DNA of 64,000 nucleotides from Geosiphon pyriformis uo1 (GCA_016748015.1 JAAOMT010000436.1:2191037-2255036); one strand, 5' to 3'. Positions 9,945-23,895 are shown, numbered from the stretch's first letter. Notes: generated by a model not told the origin, from the sequence alone. Numbers and translations are program-made.

Positions 9945-12900
9945 ATCTGATTTTTGCTAATCATTTGGGTCGGTATTACCACAACAGATAACTAATCAGG
10001 TTGTTTGTAATATTTTTTAAGTCGCGTGCCATGAACAAGATGATCACTGAATATTGTTCCATATTGATCTTGTAGGATATATGAACTATTGTTCAAAACT
10101 TTGTTAACTATAAAAGGTTCTTTCTACCAGCTAGAAAATTTATCACCATAGACATTGTCTTTGTCTGAACGGTATTCCAAAACTAAGTCACCAACACTTA
10201 AGGAAAGTGTTTTATAGGTCTTTTTCTTTTTGAGCTTCTCTTGGAACTGTTTTATCTTTTCAAAGACAATTATTTGTGCTTCTACCAATAAGTTAAGAAT
10301 GGTACCAAGTCTTCTTTGCAAAATGTCTTTGTAATCTCCTATTGTTATTTCTTCAAAAGATATTGTTTCTATATCCGTTTCTATTGGTAGAGTTGCCATT
10401 TGTCTATAGAGCAGATAAAAAGGTTCATAACTTGTTATGTCATGATTCACAGTTCTGTAGGCGAACAAAGCTGAAGGCAATACTTTGTCCCATAGGTTGG
10501 TTTCTTCACTGGTTTTGGCTAGGGTTTCACATAGTGTTCTATTGAAACGTTCTACTAGGCCATTTGTTTGGGGGTGATAAGGAGAAGAGAGTTTATGACG
10601 TATTCCCATTTTTCTGCAAAGTTCTTCAACCAGTATATTAAGATAAGCTCTTCCTTTATTAGATAAAAGTTTTTTGGGGCAGCCATGGCAACAGATAATA
10701 TCTTCATAAATGAAATTGGCAATTAAGACTGCTGTTTGATCTGGGATGGCTCTTGTTTCTACCCACTTTGTAAGATAGTTGGTAGCTGTGATAATGTATC
10801 TATTGCCATCAAGAGTTACTATTAAAGGTCCAACAACATCTATATCAATTCTGTCAAATGGTTGACCAACAAAGATTGGATGGATATCTTCCTTGCGATT
10901 GGGTTTTCTTCTTTTTTGGCAGGTATCACAAGTTTTGATGTATTCAGCAATGTTTTTTCCCAAGATAGGCCAATAATAGTGAGCTAAAATTTTCTGAATT
11001 GTTTTTGTTTTTCCAAAGTGTCCAGCTAATAGATCAGTGTGCATATTGTAGATCACAATTTCTCTTTTTTCAAATCTAATGACTCTCTGGGGGTGGTCAG
11101 GATCTTTTTTATTTCCTTTATATAACTGGTTCTGGCGAATCAAATAGAAATTTGATTGTTTGCACAAATGTTCTCTTTGCTGTCGAGTATAGTCCAGCGG
11201 GTATTGTCCTTTACCCAAAAATTCCATTAAGGCAGAGTAGTTGTCCAAGTCCATTATCGTGTTTGTTTGTGGGGGAGTTACAAATAATTAAGTTGGTTTG
11301 GTTTGAGAGAGTTTTACTATCACTGGATGGTAAGTCTGGAGAGAGTGTCGGCGTTTTGATGATTAGCTCCTTTGCGGTGTTGAATGTCATAGTTGAATTC
11401 ATCCAAGTGGAGTATTCAGTGAGTTATCCATTTATGTTCCAGGTTTCTTTTGTTGTGTAGCCAAACCAAAGCTTGATGATCTGTTACCACCAAAAATTTT
11501 ACACCTTTAAGATATTTGTTCCAGTAGCTGGTAGCCCAAACTACTGCTAAGCATTCTTGCTCTGTGATTGAGTAGTTCTTTTCTGCTGGTGTGAGAGTTC
11601 TACTGGCATATGCTATGGCATGTTCCCTGCCATCTTCGTCTTTTTGGGAAAGAACAGCACCAAGTCCATAGCCAGATACATCAGTATGGAGGATAAAAGA
11701 TTGATCCAAATTAGGTTGCATAAGGATGGGTTCTGTAACCAGTTTTTCTTTCAAAGTTTTAAATGCTTTTTGTTAATGAGTGCCTCAGTGATAATTGATG
11801 TTTTTCCTGAGTAGTTGATTAAGAAGAGCGGCAATTTTGGAGAAATTTTTAACAAACTTGTGATAATAAAAGACCAAACCAAGAAAAGAGCGTAGTTCAT
11901 GAACATTCATTGGTTGTCTAATGTTTTAAACTTTTTCAATTTTGGCTGGATCAGGGAAGATTCCATCTTTTGTAATAAGATGGCCAAGGAACTGGGTGGA
12001 TTGACGTCCAAAGAATGATTTGATTGGATTGATCTTGAGGCCAGCATTTCTAAGAAGATCAAAACCTTTTGCAAATGTTCAAGGTATTCATCCCAGGTTT
12101 TTAAGTATACCATTATGTCATCCAAGTAAACTAGAACAAAGTTTTCTTTTACTGATTCAAATACTTTGTCCATTAAGCGTTGAAAGATGGGAGGAGCATT
12201 TGTAAGACCAAAAGGCATAACTGTAAATTCGTAGGTGCCATACTTGGTGATGAAGGCAGTTTTCTTTCTACTTTCTGGATTCATCTCTACTTGTCAGAAT
12301 TCAGCAGTTAAGTCAATAGTTAAGAAGAAAGTGGCACCATGGAATTGGTCTAGCATTGCATCAATCTTGGGAAGTGGGTACATGTTTCTTTTAGTAATGG
12401 CATTTAATTGGCAATAGTCAACACAAAAGTGTAGGGTTCCTCCTTTTTTGGATACCACTACAACTGGAAATGCCCATTCACTCTTGGTTTTCTGTATGAA
12501 TCCAAGGATTTTCATTCAGGTTATTTTCTTTTTGATAAACTCATCATTGTGCTGGTTGGATTGATAGAGCTTCAAATAGATGGGATGAGTTTCTCTGGTG
12601 ATGATAGTGTGTTGTATTACATGTGTACGTCCAGGAGGTTCACCTTCTTTTGAGACAACTGGGCTGTTTCTAGCCAGCAGGTTTTCAATGTCTATCTTTC
12701 TTTCTTCTGGAGAGGGTTCTCTTTGTTCTACAACCAGTGATTGGATTTCAGGTGGTTCATTTTCAAAGGACTTTTGGACTTCTTTTATTTTCTCACAGGG
12801 TATCAAGCTGATTGGTTCCCAATCTTTGTAATAGATCAGACAGGACATGCATTCATTACTAGGAGAATACAATGGTTTGTCGCACCAGCACTGGGCACAA

Positions 12901-14012
12901 GGACCATGCCACCAATAACTGTATTTGGCTTTCTTGCCTGGCTTTCTGTCAAAGATTCTTCTGAGCATGTTATAATAAGGCCAGCAGATCAGCTTGCCAT
13001 TAACAATGATTCCTTCCTTATCTGCCTTGACATTATCCAGTAGTTTGCCATTGCTGGTGAAGATGGTATAGGCGAGTTCAGCAGTTTTTTCTTGTTCTTC
13101 TTGTTTTTCTTCTTTTTCACTTTCTTCATCATCTGATTTGTCTGATTCATTTTCTTCTGGGCTCTGCTTAGGTACTGGAGGAGTTGTCCAATGGTGACAC
13201 TTAATCACAATGGGTTTCTCACCACATTTGATGGTTAGTTTACAGAGTTCATAATTAAGCAAAGCCTTTGCTTTCTTGAACCATTCATTGCCAACAATGA
13301 TGGTGTATTCTTTTACTTCAGATACTTCTATATCAGTTTCAATGCTGATGCCATTAAGGCAGACAGAAATAGCTTTGGCTATGCCAAGCCCTTTCTTCTT
13401 ATCACCATGCACATTGGTCATTGGTCGTGTGGATAGTTCATCAATTTTTTTGCCAATTGCTTCAAGAAAGTGTTTGGCAATAACACTAACAGATGATCTA
13501 CTGTCTAGGATCAAATTGATGAAGTAGCCAGCCACTTGGGCTTTGCAAATTAGAGAAGTGACATTGCTATTGTCAGCAACTCCAGCTTGGCAAGGGCATT
13601 TGTTGGTTTTGGGTGTCTTTTTCTTTGGAATCAGAGATTTGCGAAGATCTTTTCTGAATTATGGATGGGTCATCAATTGGCCAAAGGTTATATGTGCTGG
13701 GGTTTTCATGAAGTCTTTAATAACAGAATAGGGGCCAGATTTTTGTACTATTTCTGGGGGTTCCAACTTTGGAAAGTTTTTGAAAACTTTGGTTTTTGGG
13801 GGCTTATTGTTGTCAGCAGTTGATGTAAAAGCTTTATTGGGGTCCAGAACAAAATCAACTTTGGCTTTCTTCTTCTTTCTTGTAAATTCAGAAGGGTTGA
13901 TTGCTAGTTCATCCATGTCATGGTCATCATCAGTTAAGTTAAAAGTGTAAAAGGGGTTTTCTTCTGGTTGGCTTGCACTTTCACCCTTTGAAGATGCACC
14001 TACCAGTTTAAA
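9945..14012 (-). pseudogene. A1 pol (PR-Cys-rich-RT-RNase H-IN), multiple stops
   Basis: ORF fragments 13659-13916, 12516-13535, 12294-12515, 11907-12284, 11416-11754 and 10124-11254 occur in gypsy domain order. Confidence 0.92.
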
Positions 14013-15553
14013 GGTTAATAAACAGTGGTTTCAACTAGGGGATCCTCTCCAAAGAAATTGATGTTAGCATGATTGGGTCTTTGGTTGGGCACATTGTTGT
14101 TGTTGATTCTGTTGTTCTGAGCATTATTGTTTCTGGGGACTGGTGGATGCAGTGGAGGATTGTTGCAATCTCTTGAAAAGTGTCCAGTTAATCCACAGTG
14201 ATAGCATACAGGTGGGCCACGATTTTGTTGTCTTTGATAAGGTGGTTGCTGGGACTGATTGAAGTGTGGTTCAAATCTGGGTCTTTGTGGTTGCTGATTT
14301 TCTCTGACTGCTTGGGCTAAGGATTCTAATAACCAGGCAAGATTTGCTGTGAGTCTGTCTATTAACTGTTCATTTGGATCTTGAGTGTGAGTGGCAAAAA
14401 AAGTAGCAGCCATTTGAGGGGCAGGAGCCATAACAGGAACAGGAGCAAAAACTGGTAGTGTGGATCCCAAGTGCATTCTTTGGTTATCTTCAATTCTTTG
14501 TGCTAATTCAATGGCCATATCTATGATGGGATTATCTTTCAGGGCCAGGAGGGGCCAAAGAGCATATAATAGATCAGTTCTCAATTCTTTTGTGAAGGAG
14601 TGAATTTTCTGTTCTTCTGTCCAATTTTTTCCAATGTCTACTCATTTGATTAACTTTCTGATTGCTTTGGCGTATTCGGTTACAACTTCACCAGGACCTT
14701 GGGTTCTTCTTTCCAATTTCATACGCCATTTGGATATTAAGATTGGGGTTCTGAACTTGTTTTCAAACCGGGTAGTGAAAGAAGTATTGATTTCTCCCAC
14801 ATTTGCTGGTATCCATCTAATGATTCTTTGTTGGGCATTGGCATCTGTTTCTTGTGAGAACCAGATAGCAGGGGATTCTTGAAGGTAGCCACCGACAATT
14901 TGGAACTTGTACTCATCGTCATACTGATTGGCTGTAGCAGCTCTTTCAAAGTCATCCAACCATTCAATTGGATCTTGTGCATCACCTCTAAATAATGGTA
15001 ATAGGGTGTTGTTTTTTTACCCTAGAGCAGTTTGTATACCTTAGAGAATGGCCAAAATGTTTGCTTGCATGGGGTCAACAGCCATTGGTTCTGGGGTAAC
15101 TGTTTGTGTAGACAAGTCTGATTCGCTTGATAAAAAGTCAAAAACAGGAGCAGTTTGGTAGCTTTCTTCTTCTGTTTCAAAGGGAGTTTCAGTTGCTTGA
15201 TGAGCAGCAATCCAAATGTAGATTTAATGATTCAGATATTCAAAATCAGGGGGCTGTTGTTTAAAGATTGCAGAATGTAAAAGCCAATTAATACTGTTGT
15301 TTCTTTCTTCAAAGTCATTTTCAAAATAAGCTTGGTCAAAGTAATAGATTGTATAAGCTGTATAGGTTTTAGCTAAATGCTTGTTTAGAAACCAGTTCCA
15401 AAAGTCTTGGAATTGTCTACTGGATTGTTCTTCAAGGGGGAAACAGATCAAGCAGAAGAGCAAAAGATTAAGTTCAATGAAATCTAGGTTGTTTTTGTTG
15501 TGTGTTGCAAAGTGTTCTTCTGATTGCTGTGGCAGATATAAGTAATCACTCAT
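14000..15553 (-). pseudogene. A1 gag
   Basis: Fragments with capsid-like (DPIEWLDDFERAA, QGPGEVVTEY) and CCHC motifs. Confidence 0.9.
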
Positions 15554-15580
15554 ACAATGAGAGAATAAGTGAATTTTGAC

Positions 15581-15599
15581 AACCTCACAGAGAGCACCA
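15581..15599 (-). promoter_or_regulatory. Primer-binding site, complementary to the 3' end of elongator tRNA-Met
   Basis: TGGTGCTC(T/C)CTGTGAGGTT lies 6 nt inside the 5' LTR boundary. It matches the CCUCAC..GG.GCA-CCA end of eukaryotic elongator tRNA-Met, recalled from known sequences. Confidence 0.8.
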
Positions 15600-15605
15600 C
15601 TTTTA

Positions 15606-16331
15606 TGTTACAGGTTGGAGTAACAAGCTAATGGATAGCAAGGGAGAACAGTATTGTATGGTAATGGAAATAAACAAAAAGGGAATTACAATAAGGGAGT
15701 GAATTGAATGAGTAAGAATTCAATGTGCATGATCAGTCTCATAAAAATCACAGTCGCTAATCTTTTCTTAAATCTGAAGGTAGAGAAATAGTCCGTGATT
15801 GTCAACAAGATAACACTGCTACTATTATTCTATGCCTCAACTCAGCGATTCTTAGAATCAATAACAGGTATTGTTGTACTTTTCAATTGTTTCTTTATTC
15901 AATGAATTACAAGAGCAAGCCAATTGCTTCTCAGACTAATTCTAACAAATACAAATCAAGAAAGAGAAAAAATAAGGTATGTAAATGCCAACAAGTAGAT
16001 ATTTGAAGGTAAGGAAAAGAAAATAAGCAATATGAGAGGAAGTAATTAATATTGTTTTATTTCATTACTTTGATCATGTCTTTCTACAGCTAAGGGAATC
16101 ATCACTTATATAGCTATCTAAAGTGGTCAACAATCAGGTCAATAATCAGGTCAACAATCAGGTCAATGATCAGGTCATTGATCAGGTTAATGATTAGGTC
16201 AATGATCAGGTCAACGGTCAGGTCATTGATTAGGTTAACGATCACTATCTAAAAATAGAGTGGCTAATTATATAACATCAGTAACTAATATATGTGATAA
16301 CTAATAAAAACTATGGGTTTCAACCGTAACA
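15606..16331 (-). repeat. A1 5' LTR
   Basis: TGTTACAGGTTG...CAACCGTAACA, with a 10-unit array at 16125-16244. Confidence 0.95.
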
Positions 16332-16739
16332 ATACTCTTCAGTCATATTTTATTCAATAGTCTTCAAATGCTGCAATTACACATTTCAGGAAAAGGATAA
16401 GTAAATGCCAACAAGTAGTCTTTTATCTTTAAGATGTTCAAATATTTGAAGGTAGGGAAAGGAAAATTAGCAATAAGAGAAGAATTAAGATGAAGTTATT
16501 ATTTTATTTCTTTATTTCTTTGATTCTTATATGCTTTTCTACAGCTAAAAGATTTATCACTTATATAGCTATCAAAAGTAGTCAATGATTAGGTCAATAG
16601 TCAGGTCAATAATCAGGTCAATAATCAGGTCAATGGGTAGGTCATTGATTACTTTCTAAAAATAGAATGGCTAATTTATATGACATTAATGGCTAATACA
16701 TGTAATAATTAATAAGAAGTATAAGTTTCAACCATAACA
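16332..16739 (-). repeat. Truncated older subfamily-A' LTR, into or next to which A1 inserted
   Basis: Colinear with 55822-56206 (tcttcagtcat...ggtcaa array...caaccataaca). Confidence 0.85.
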
Positions 16740-16939
16740 ATATTAAATAATTTAGGGTATTGTGTAATTTGATCATCTTAATTTCTATGATACAAATTAG
16801 GTTATTAATTGAGTAGTGATATTTGATAATTTGATTAAATAATAAGTGATAATCAGAATAATAATAATATATGCTAATTAATAATAGGAATTATGAGAGT
16901 AATTTCATGCTAATTAATAGCTAAAATTCTACTACTAAT

Positions 16940-17058
16940 AATAGTCAGATTATTGATTAGATCAATAATCACTATTTAAAAATAAAATGGCTAATTATAT
17001 GACATCAGTGGCTAATACATGTAGTAATTAATAAGAAGTATAGATTTTAATTATAACA
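16940..17058 (-). repeat. Further degraded A-type LTR end
   Basis: ggctaattatatgacatcagtggctaatacatg...ttataaca matches the LTR terminus. Confidence 0.7.
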
Positions 17059-17390
17059 ATACATACAAGCTTATAACTACTCTTAACAAGATCATTCATA
17101 TACTTAGCAGTCTGATCAGAATCAAATTTGATATTAGAAGATTAAACCTTTTATAATTTTATCATTGTATCAAATGTGTTATTATAGATTGAAAAATCTT
17201 TAACATTATCATTATTATTATCCATGTTTTCATCTTCAGATACATTAACAAATTGGACTTTTTCACTTCTTTTTTTGATGTTTACTACTTCTTTTTATAG
17301 CAAAAAATCTACAACATGAACAGCTTTAATTTGGGTTGTCAATTCAATCACACTTTTCTTTATTGCTTCTGCCATAACAAGTGGAGTAGT
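17059..17390 (-). mobile_element. Fragment of family C element (3' part of the ORF)
   Basis: Colinear with C2 25965-26330 (cttagcagtctgatc...gccataac..gtggagta). Confidence 0.8.
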
Positions 17391-18197
17391 TGAAATCAAC
17401 TTAGATAAGACTGAAACAATAGTAATCAGACCCTTCAAAAGGAAATCAATGTTGGTTGAGCCACTGAAATTTGGTCCAAACAAACAAATCTTGAAATTGC
17501 TGAACTTATCTACATGCACTTAATATTTGGGAGTGTGGATCAAAACAGACAGAAAAAATGAAACTGTGCTAAAAATAATAAGATCTGATATTAAAGCAGT
17601 ATGTAGAATTATTAGGAAAAAACATATCACTGAAAAACAAGCAATTTACATTTTTAACAGTGTACTCAGTCCAGCCATAGAATTTAGATCTCAATTGACC
17701 CATATTCCGAATAGTTGGGCCAGAAGATAGACTTCAAAGATTTTAGCCATTGTAAAGAAAAAGGCAAAACTTTTAATAGATTTTCCAGCCAGTGCCATGT
17801 ATCATCTGTTTTTGTACAACTTGTTTAAAATTGATAATATGCAAGCAAAAAACAAGATCACAGATTTGTTGGTTAGATTAAACAGTAATAATATTGCTAG
17901 AATGACTACAAAAATCAGACTAGCCAACTTGTAGACACAAAAATGGTTAGCTTTTAGTATACTAGAATACCCCACTAATGAACAATTTAAGTTAGAAGTT
18001 AATCTTATAACAAATATTATGCAGATAATAGAAGAAAGAGGCATCTTATTTAAAAGCTCTGGTAATACATATGGGGTACCTGAATCTTTAAGACCACATG
18101 TATACTTAATTGAGTCTGTTATAGCTTCAAATACAACTTACACTAAAGTTAAAGGCTTACTAAGAAAGGAGAACATTTTGTATTTGCATCAGGTACA
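17391..18197 (+). mobile_element. Fragment of a second LINE family D copy (ORF2 post-RT region) lacking the C2, A2 and A3 insertions
   Basis: Colinear with 25480-25752 + 28219-28451 + 45981-46227 + 53963-54017. Confidence 0.88.
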
Positions 18198-18390
18198 GGC
18201 CAAAAATGAATTATTATAAAAAAAAATGAACAGAATGATCATTAAAGATTGTTTTATAAACAAAATCTAAAAACTTTTTTCTCTCTTTAACTGCTACCAT
18301 ATAATTTACTATGTTTCAAATTTAGAAATTAAGTTTTTACAAAAAATTTTTTATTTATAATATATTATTATTTTCACAACAGACTTAAAA

Positions 18391-20662
18391 GTGTCTGACA
18401 ATAATACCAACAGTAAAATGACACCAGTTATGCAAAAAAGTACAAGTAAAGAGACTATTGACAGTAAAGACCAAGTGGAGAGAAACATAGCTTCTACTAC
18501 AGATAAAAGAGAAAATAATACAACTATACCAAATACAACAACAGTAGAACCAACAAGGCTTACTACACCTCTATTCAGATTTGTAACTGTTGACAGACCA
18601 TTTGGAAGTGTGGATACAAGCAGTAAAGATGACACACCCTTCAGAATAGTCAACACATTGAAAAGAACAGCTTTATACAGAAGAGCGGCAGATTTTTCTC
18701 TAGTAATGACCAATAGACTAGAGAAAAAAACTAATAAAAAATACAGACACATTAGAAGAATAAGTGTAAAAAATCTAACTGAAAGATTCAACCAAGTTAT
18801 TAAAGAAGATTTATTTGAAAACACAACTGGCCAAACCGACAACTTTGTCTTGCAACCAATGTTTAACAAAAGAGGAAATAGCAACAAATTTCAAATAAAA
18901 GCTTGAACTAGTGAAAAGAGGGCCTCAAAGTCCCTGAAAAAAATTGGAAAAACCTTTAAAAGCTCCTAATAGAGATAGTAAAAGAGCTGTGCAGATAGAA
19001 ACAGCTCTGAAAAAATGCAACCCTAATATTTTGAACAGGATTAACAGTGGAAATTCTGTGGTAGAAATTGAAAAGCAAATGGACAATTCATTTGATACAA
19101 ACAAAGATAAAGCCAATCCAAATAACATCATAGAAGACATAGAAGACTCTGAATCAGCAAAATAAAAAGTTCATATCCAGGACAATATAGTAGTAAATCA
19201 CTTGGCAAAAAACCCATGTTTATGGAACCAAACTATGAGAAAGAATGGAAAACTGTGGTTTATAAAACCAAAAGACATGTGCTCTTTGTGCAGACAGTAG
19301 ATATACCAGAAAAAATCATGGAGAAGAAAGTGAGGTGAATTTACCATCTTTTGGAGGATGTCAGTTATCTCTTGAGAGCTGTAATGGCAAGAAACTAAGA
19401 AATCTGAATGGATTTCTTCCAAGTGGCTGGAAGAGATTAGACCAGAGAAATACAAGCAAGTAAAAAGATTGAATCATTTCTAATGGTTACACATGGTATT
19501 ACCAATCAGATGGCTGGTTAAAGAAAAGTTTTGGTAAGAAATATCCTCTTAGAAATCTCAGACAGAGAAGTGAAAGCTGCTATGAAAAAATTTGGCGAAA
19601 TAAAGAAAGTTCAAATCAAAATAGCTGGAAAATAGCAATCTGCAGTGGTTGAATACAGCAACCAAGAAAAGGCAACCAGAGCTGTAAACCAATGGTCAAT
19701 CATGGTCAGGAAAGATGCAGTCAGAATTTATCTAATGGTTGAGACCCAGAAAATTATTAAGCAAAGGAAAACCTGAGAAGCCAAACTAGTAGGTTTACCA
19801 CAAAATTGTACTGCTCACTACTTGAGCACCACTCTGGATTAGATTAAAGCCCGATTTTGCTTCATCCCAAAAACTAACAAGAACTACACAAAGATGGACT
19901 GTGTTTATATAGAATTTAACAGTAAAGTTAGTTGCAACAATACTACCAAAAAGCCATTGGTAATTGGAGACACACTGGTTTCCTGGGTGCTCACTAATGC
20001 CAAAAAGTGCCACTTTTGTTACCAAGTAGGGCATTTGGTCTCCAAATGTCCAACTCTACAAAGGAAAAAAGAGGAAGATATCAAAAAAATTACCAACAAT
20101 ATTAGATTGGCAAAACTGTATGTTAAGAGAAATGTTTCAGAGAAAAATGTCAAGGCTTTTGGTAGAAAATCATATGCCAAAATGGCTGCACTTAGACTGC
20201 CTCATAATCTGAACAGCTCAAATCCAAACAAATCCCAAAAACCTGATTCATATGTAAATAATAAAGAAAACCAACTGAAAAAAGAAGGAGTCAACCAACC
20301 ATGAAAGACTGAAATTAATGAGTTGAGACTACAAGTTGATGAAATGGCCAAACTGCTGAGTGCAGTAGCTGCCAAACTTGGAGTAATAGTAGAGAAGAAA
20401 AAGAACAGAATGGTCACTCAACAGCAAAGTCACAATACAAAGAGAAAAAAAAAAGGTGGAAAGTAGGATACCAAGCCAGAATACTACATTCAAGTCTAAC
20501 TTGGCAGAGAAAAATGAGCCATACAATTCAAAAAGAGAAATCAAGGAAATTAAAAAATTGTTGAAATCCATTATGGAATTACTAAAGCAAGTAAAAAAAC
20601 AAGGTGGCTGGAGCAGTTTTATTGCTGGAGAAACTAAATCTATGGAAACAGATAATGTGTAG
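18391..20662 (+). pseudogene. LINE D ORF1
   Basis: Fragments include VLVRNILL..FGEIKKVQIK...QWSIMVRKDAVRI...KLVGLP and the knuckle CHFCYQVGHLVSKC. Confidence 0.8.
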
Positions 20663-20664
20663 CA

Positions 20665-21420
20665 CATCTAATTCAATAATAATACTTGTAAAATTGGTAC
20701 TATTAGAGGACTTAATAATCCTGACAAAGCTGAAGAGGTGCTACAATGGTGTATTAAAGAACAATTTGACTTTGTGATTATTATGGAAACTAAACTGACT
20801 CCACCCAAAGAAAAGAGTGTATTTTTTGGCTTTGATAATTATCATGCCTTTTGGGAATCAAGTGCTAAGAAACAAATGAGAACTGGGGTTGATATACTAG
20901 TCAGAAAATATTAGATACACTATGTGAAAACAATCAAGGGATACTATAGAAGGCTGTTACATTTGGTGTTGAAATTTAGAGGTAAGATCAGTGTGCATAT
21001 AGTTGGGCTGTACATGCTTGCTTCCAAATTACATATAAAGAAAGCAGCAGCCAAAGAAATTAGGAAACTGCTGGAAAACATAGTACAAAACAAAAAGATA
21101 ATTATAGTAATAGGTAATTTGAATGAAAATCTGACATCCAAATCATTTAAAAAAACTTTTGCTACAAACAGAGTCAAAGCATATCATACTGCTACAACAT
21201 TACAACATATGAATTTAGTGGATACACATGGAGTATATACAACAAACAATCCAGAAAAGACATGGGCATCAAATAAAGTACAAAGAAGATTAGACTATGT
21301 TTTTACTGATGCAATTACAGTTTCACTGGTCACAAACATTGAGGTAATTAATGTTAATGAATCATTCAACACTAATCACAAAGCAGTAGTAACAATTATC
21401 TGATCTGACAAAATATTGGC
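20665..21420 (+). pseudogene. LINE D ORF2 apurinic-type endonuclease domain
   Basis: RGLN, FVIIMETKL, IVIGNLNE, RLDYVF and NTNHKAV (mutated SDH) motifs. Confidence 0.85.
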
Positions 21421-21464
21421 AGACACTAAAAAATCTAGATCAGAAAGAAAGAAGAGTAGTACAA

Positions 21465-23895
21465 ACATTAATTCAAGCTCAAAAAACTCTTTTTCTTCTA
21501 ATTTTCATAACCACAAATAGAGCTAAGAATAAAAAAGTTGCAAACATTACTTTTCTTATAGTAACTATTAAAGTTTTAACACAAGAGAGTCTCTCTGTTA
21601 TTGAAGCAGCTAGACAAAACATTCTGGCAATATTTCCTTTAAAAAATATTAGTGAAAAGCTGCATTTAGTGGCTTCTGGTTTATTTGCTTCTCCTTTGGC
21701 TGGAAGTTCTTCTCCAGTCAAAGTTCTTTTAAAAAGACACACTCAAATTAGTCCCAGTGTTGTTTCTACTACTTCAAAAAGCCCAAAAATTTTTAATAAC
21801 AGACCAGTCAACAAGTTGGTCTTTCCTGTTCTCACCACTTCCACTATTACTTCTACTACTACTGCTTCACAAATGGCCACAAAAACAAAAAAATTCCAAA
21901 AAACAGCAGCAGACAGTCACAACTGCTATGATTACACTGAACTCTTTTGTGGTTCCAGATGAGATCTTTGGTAAGATCTTCATAGCAGCAGCCAGCCCTC
22001 TTCCTGATATAGATGGCAACAGCAGCAGCACATCTTCCAAGATGAGCCAAGATCAACCACTGACTGTGTTGCCAGATGTGATACTCTTTAGCAGATTATT
22101 ACCAATTCCAGTAGCAAAACAGTCCATCAATCTAGATGACCTCAAAGATTGGACTGATCAAATGGAAATAGAATCAACTGTCTCTCCCCCAGTTTTTGGT
22201 GCTGCTGATGGTGATGCTTGGAAGAATGTGAATGGTTGTCAGAGGTTCTCTGGTTGGGTGGCCTTCAATTTAGTACTTGGTGCCATATTTAAGATCAAAA
22301 TGGCCCTGCTTGGTTCCTTGTTTCAGTTGCTGTCTGGTTGTATTGGGCTTAAGTCAGTTTCACAAGATGCTATTAAGTTGTTTTGTGTGGAATTTGCATC
22401 TCAAGAAAGCCTAAATAATGCCACCAAAGTGGCCATCAGTGATGAGGTTTTTTTGATCACTCTTAAGATTGCACAGTCTTCTGATGTGGCCTCTGTTTCT
22501 TCCCCTTCTTTATCAGTTGTACTGCGTGATATACCTTTGGGTACCTCTTCTAATAATATTAAAACTGCTCTTGGCATTTTCGGTGTTATTACTTCTGTTA
22601 AGTTGAAGCCTGCTGGCTTATGGTAATACACTGTGGTTAATTTTAAGGACATTTTTTCTGCTGTTGCTGCTTTTTCTAACTGGTCTATATTGGTCATAAA
22701 AGATAGTGTTAGGATTCTTCCCATCACCAACCAAAAGGAGATTATTTCCTTAAGAGATGCATTCAAAGTTAAGTTGGTCAATCTTCTATTTGGCTGTACT
22801 GCCTTTAAGATAAGTAATTTGGTCTCCCAAGTTGGTAGCTGTACATGTTTCATTTCTCACTCTTCTGAATCTTATTAACATTAATGCTTTGCTGTGGTTA
22901 CCTTTGATTCTCTGGAATCTCTGAATGTTGCTGTGTCAAAAACTGGTACCTTGCATGACTGTCACATCTGGTGGGAAACTCCTGGATGTCACCACTGCTA
23001 CAAGTGTCAAGACTTGAATCATTTGGCTGTGGACTGCAAGAAGTTGTTTTTTCTCTCACCTAAACTCTCTTCCAACACTTTTAGTGGCCCCAAAAATTTT
23101 AAATCTTCATTTGTTGAATCTAAATCTTATGCCAAGACTGCTGCTTTTGTGGTTCTTTCTGGTGCTGCTGCTGCTGATATGAACTTGAATTTTGATAGTC
23201 CTCCCAAAACTGTGACACCCATGTTGCTTGCTGTTTCTTCTGTTCCCAATTTTGCTGTTGAATTTAGGTTGGCTTCTCTTGAATCCCATCTTGGTAAACT
23301 ATCTGTGTTGATAAAGTTTTTAGTTGAATCTGTTGGTGCTCTGGTTGCATTGGTTACCAAATTGCTGTCTACTCCATCTGCCATAGATGTGTTAGTTAAG
23401 AAATGTGTGAATGAATTGGCTAAGCAAAACAAAGACTTGGCTGCTGTTACCACCATAATATAGAATAAAATAACACGCCTTGAGAAAATATGTGAACAGA
23501 TTAGATGTTGATAACATGGTTAATAATATTGATGATGATGATGATGATAAAGATTTTTCAGTTTATGATAATACCTTCAATGTCATGATGCACTTATGGA
23601 AAGATCAGCCTTTCAGAATCAAATTCAGTCCTGATTAGACTGCTAAGTAGATGAGTGGTATAATTAAAAATAGTCATGAGCTTGTTAGTATTATAGATAA
23701 GATGTATGAATTAGATATGTTTGATATATTAAGTAACAAAAGTAGTACTAGCATATAGTTAGAGCTTTTCGCTTGTGGTTAGCCACATCTTGTGATTTTT
23801 GTATTATTGGGTGAGCTGGCTTTGTGAAACCACCATATTACTGTGACTTAACTAATAAATGACCAGCATGACTACATATTAACATAAAAAAAAAA
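21465..23895 (+). mobile_element. Family C copy C1: ORF1-only poly(A) retroposon (HAL1-like)
   Basis: TSD AAAGAAGAGTAG(T/C)ACAA at 21448-21464 and ~23893-23909. Short A-tail. Single disrupted ORF ~21507-23758 with no ORF2. Confidence 0.9.

Larger units (their letters stand above)
8548..16331 (-). mobile_element. Ty3/gypsy LTR retrotransposon, family A copy A1 (full length, mutated)
   Basis: LTRs at 8548-9273 and 15606-16331, PBS 15581-15599, PPT 9274-9285. Contains gag (CCHC CYHCGLTGHFSRDC), PR (LILDS), RT (YLDD), RNase H, IN (HHCC, GLVERFNRTL) and ORF3. Flanks ATAT/ATAC are a possible 4-bp TSD. Confidence 0.95.

Noticed and set aside
15733-15781. Intron-containing tRNA-Met gene inside the LTR
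   Set aside because: Only the anticodon arm and variable loop match. There is no acceptor stem, D arm or T arm, so it is reported as complementary boxes instead.
22401-22853. Recurrent 150-aa antisense ORF in all C copies, and similar antisense ORFs in A
   Set aside because: Shadow frames of the same repeated coding sequence, with no independent support.
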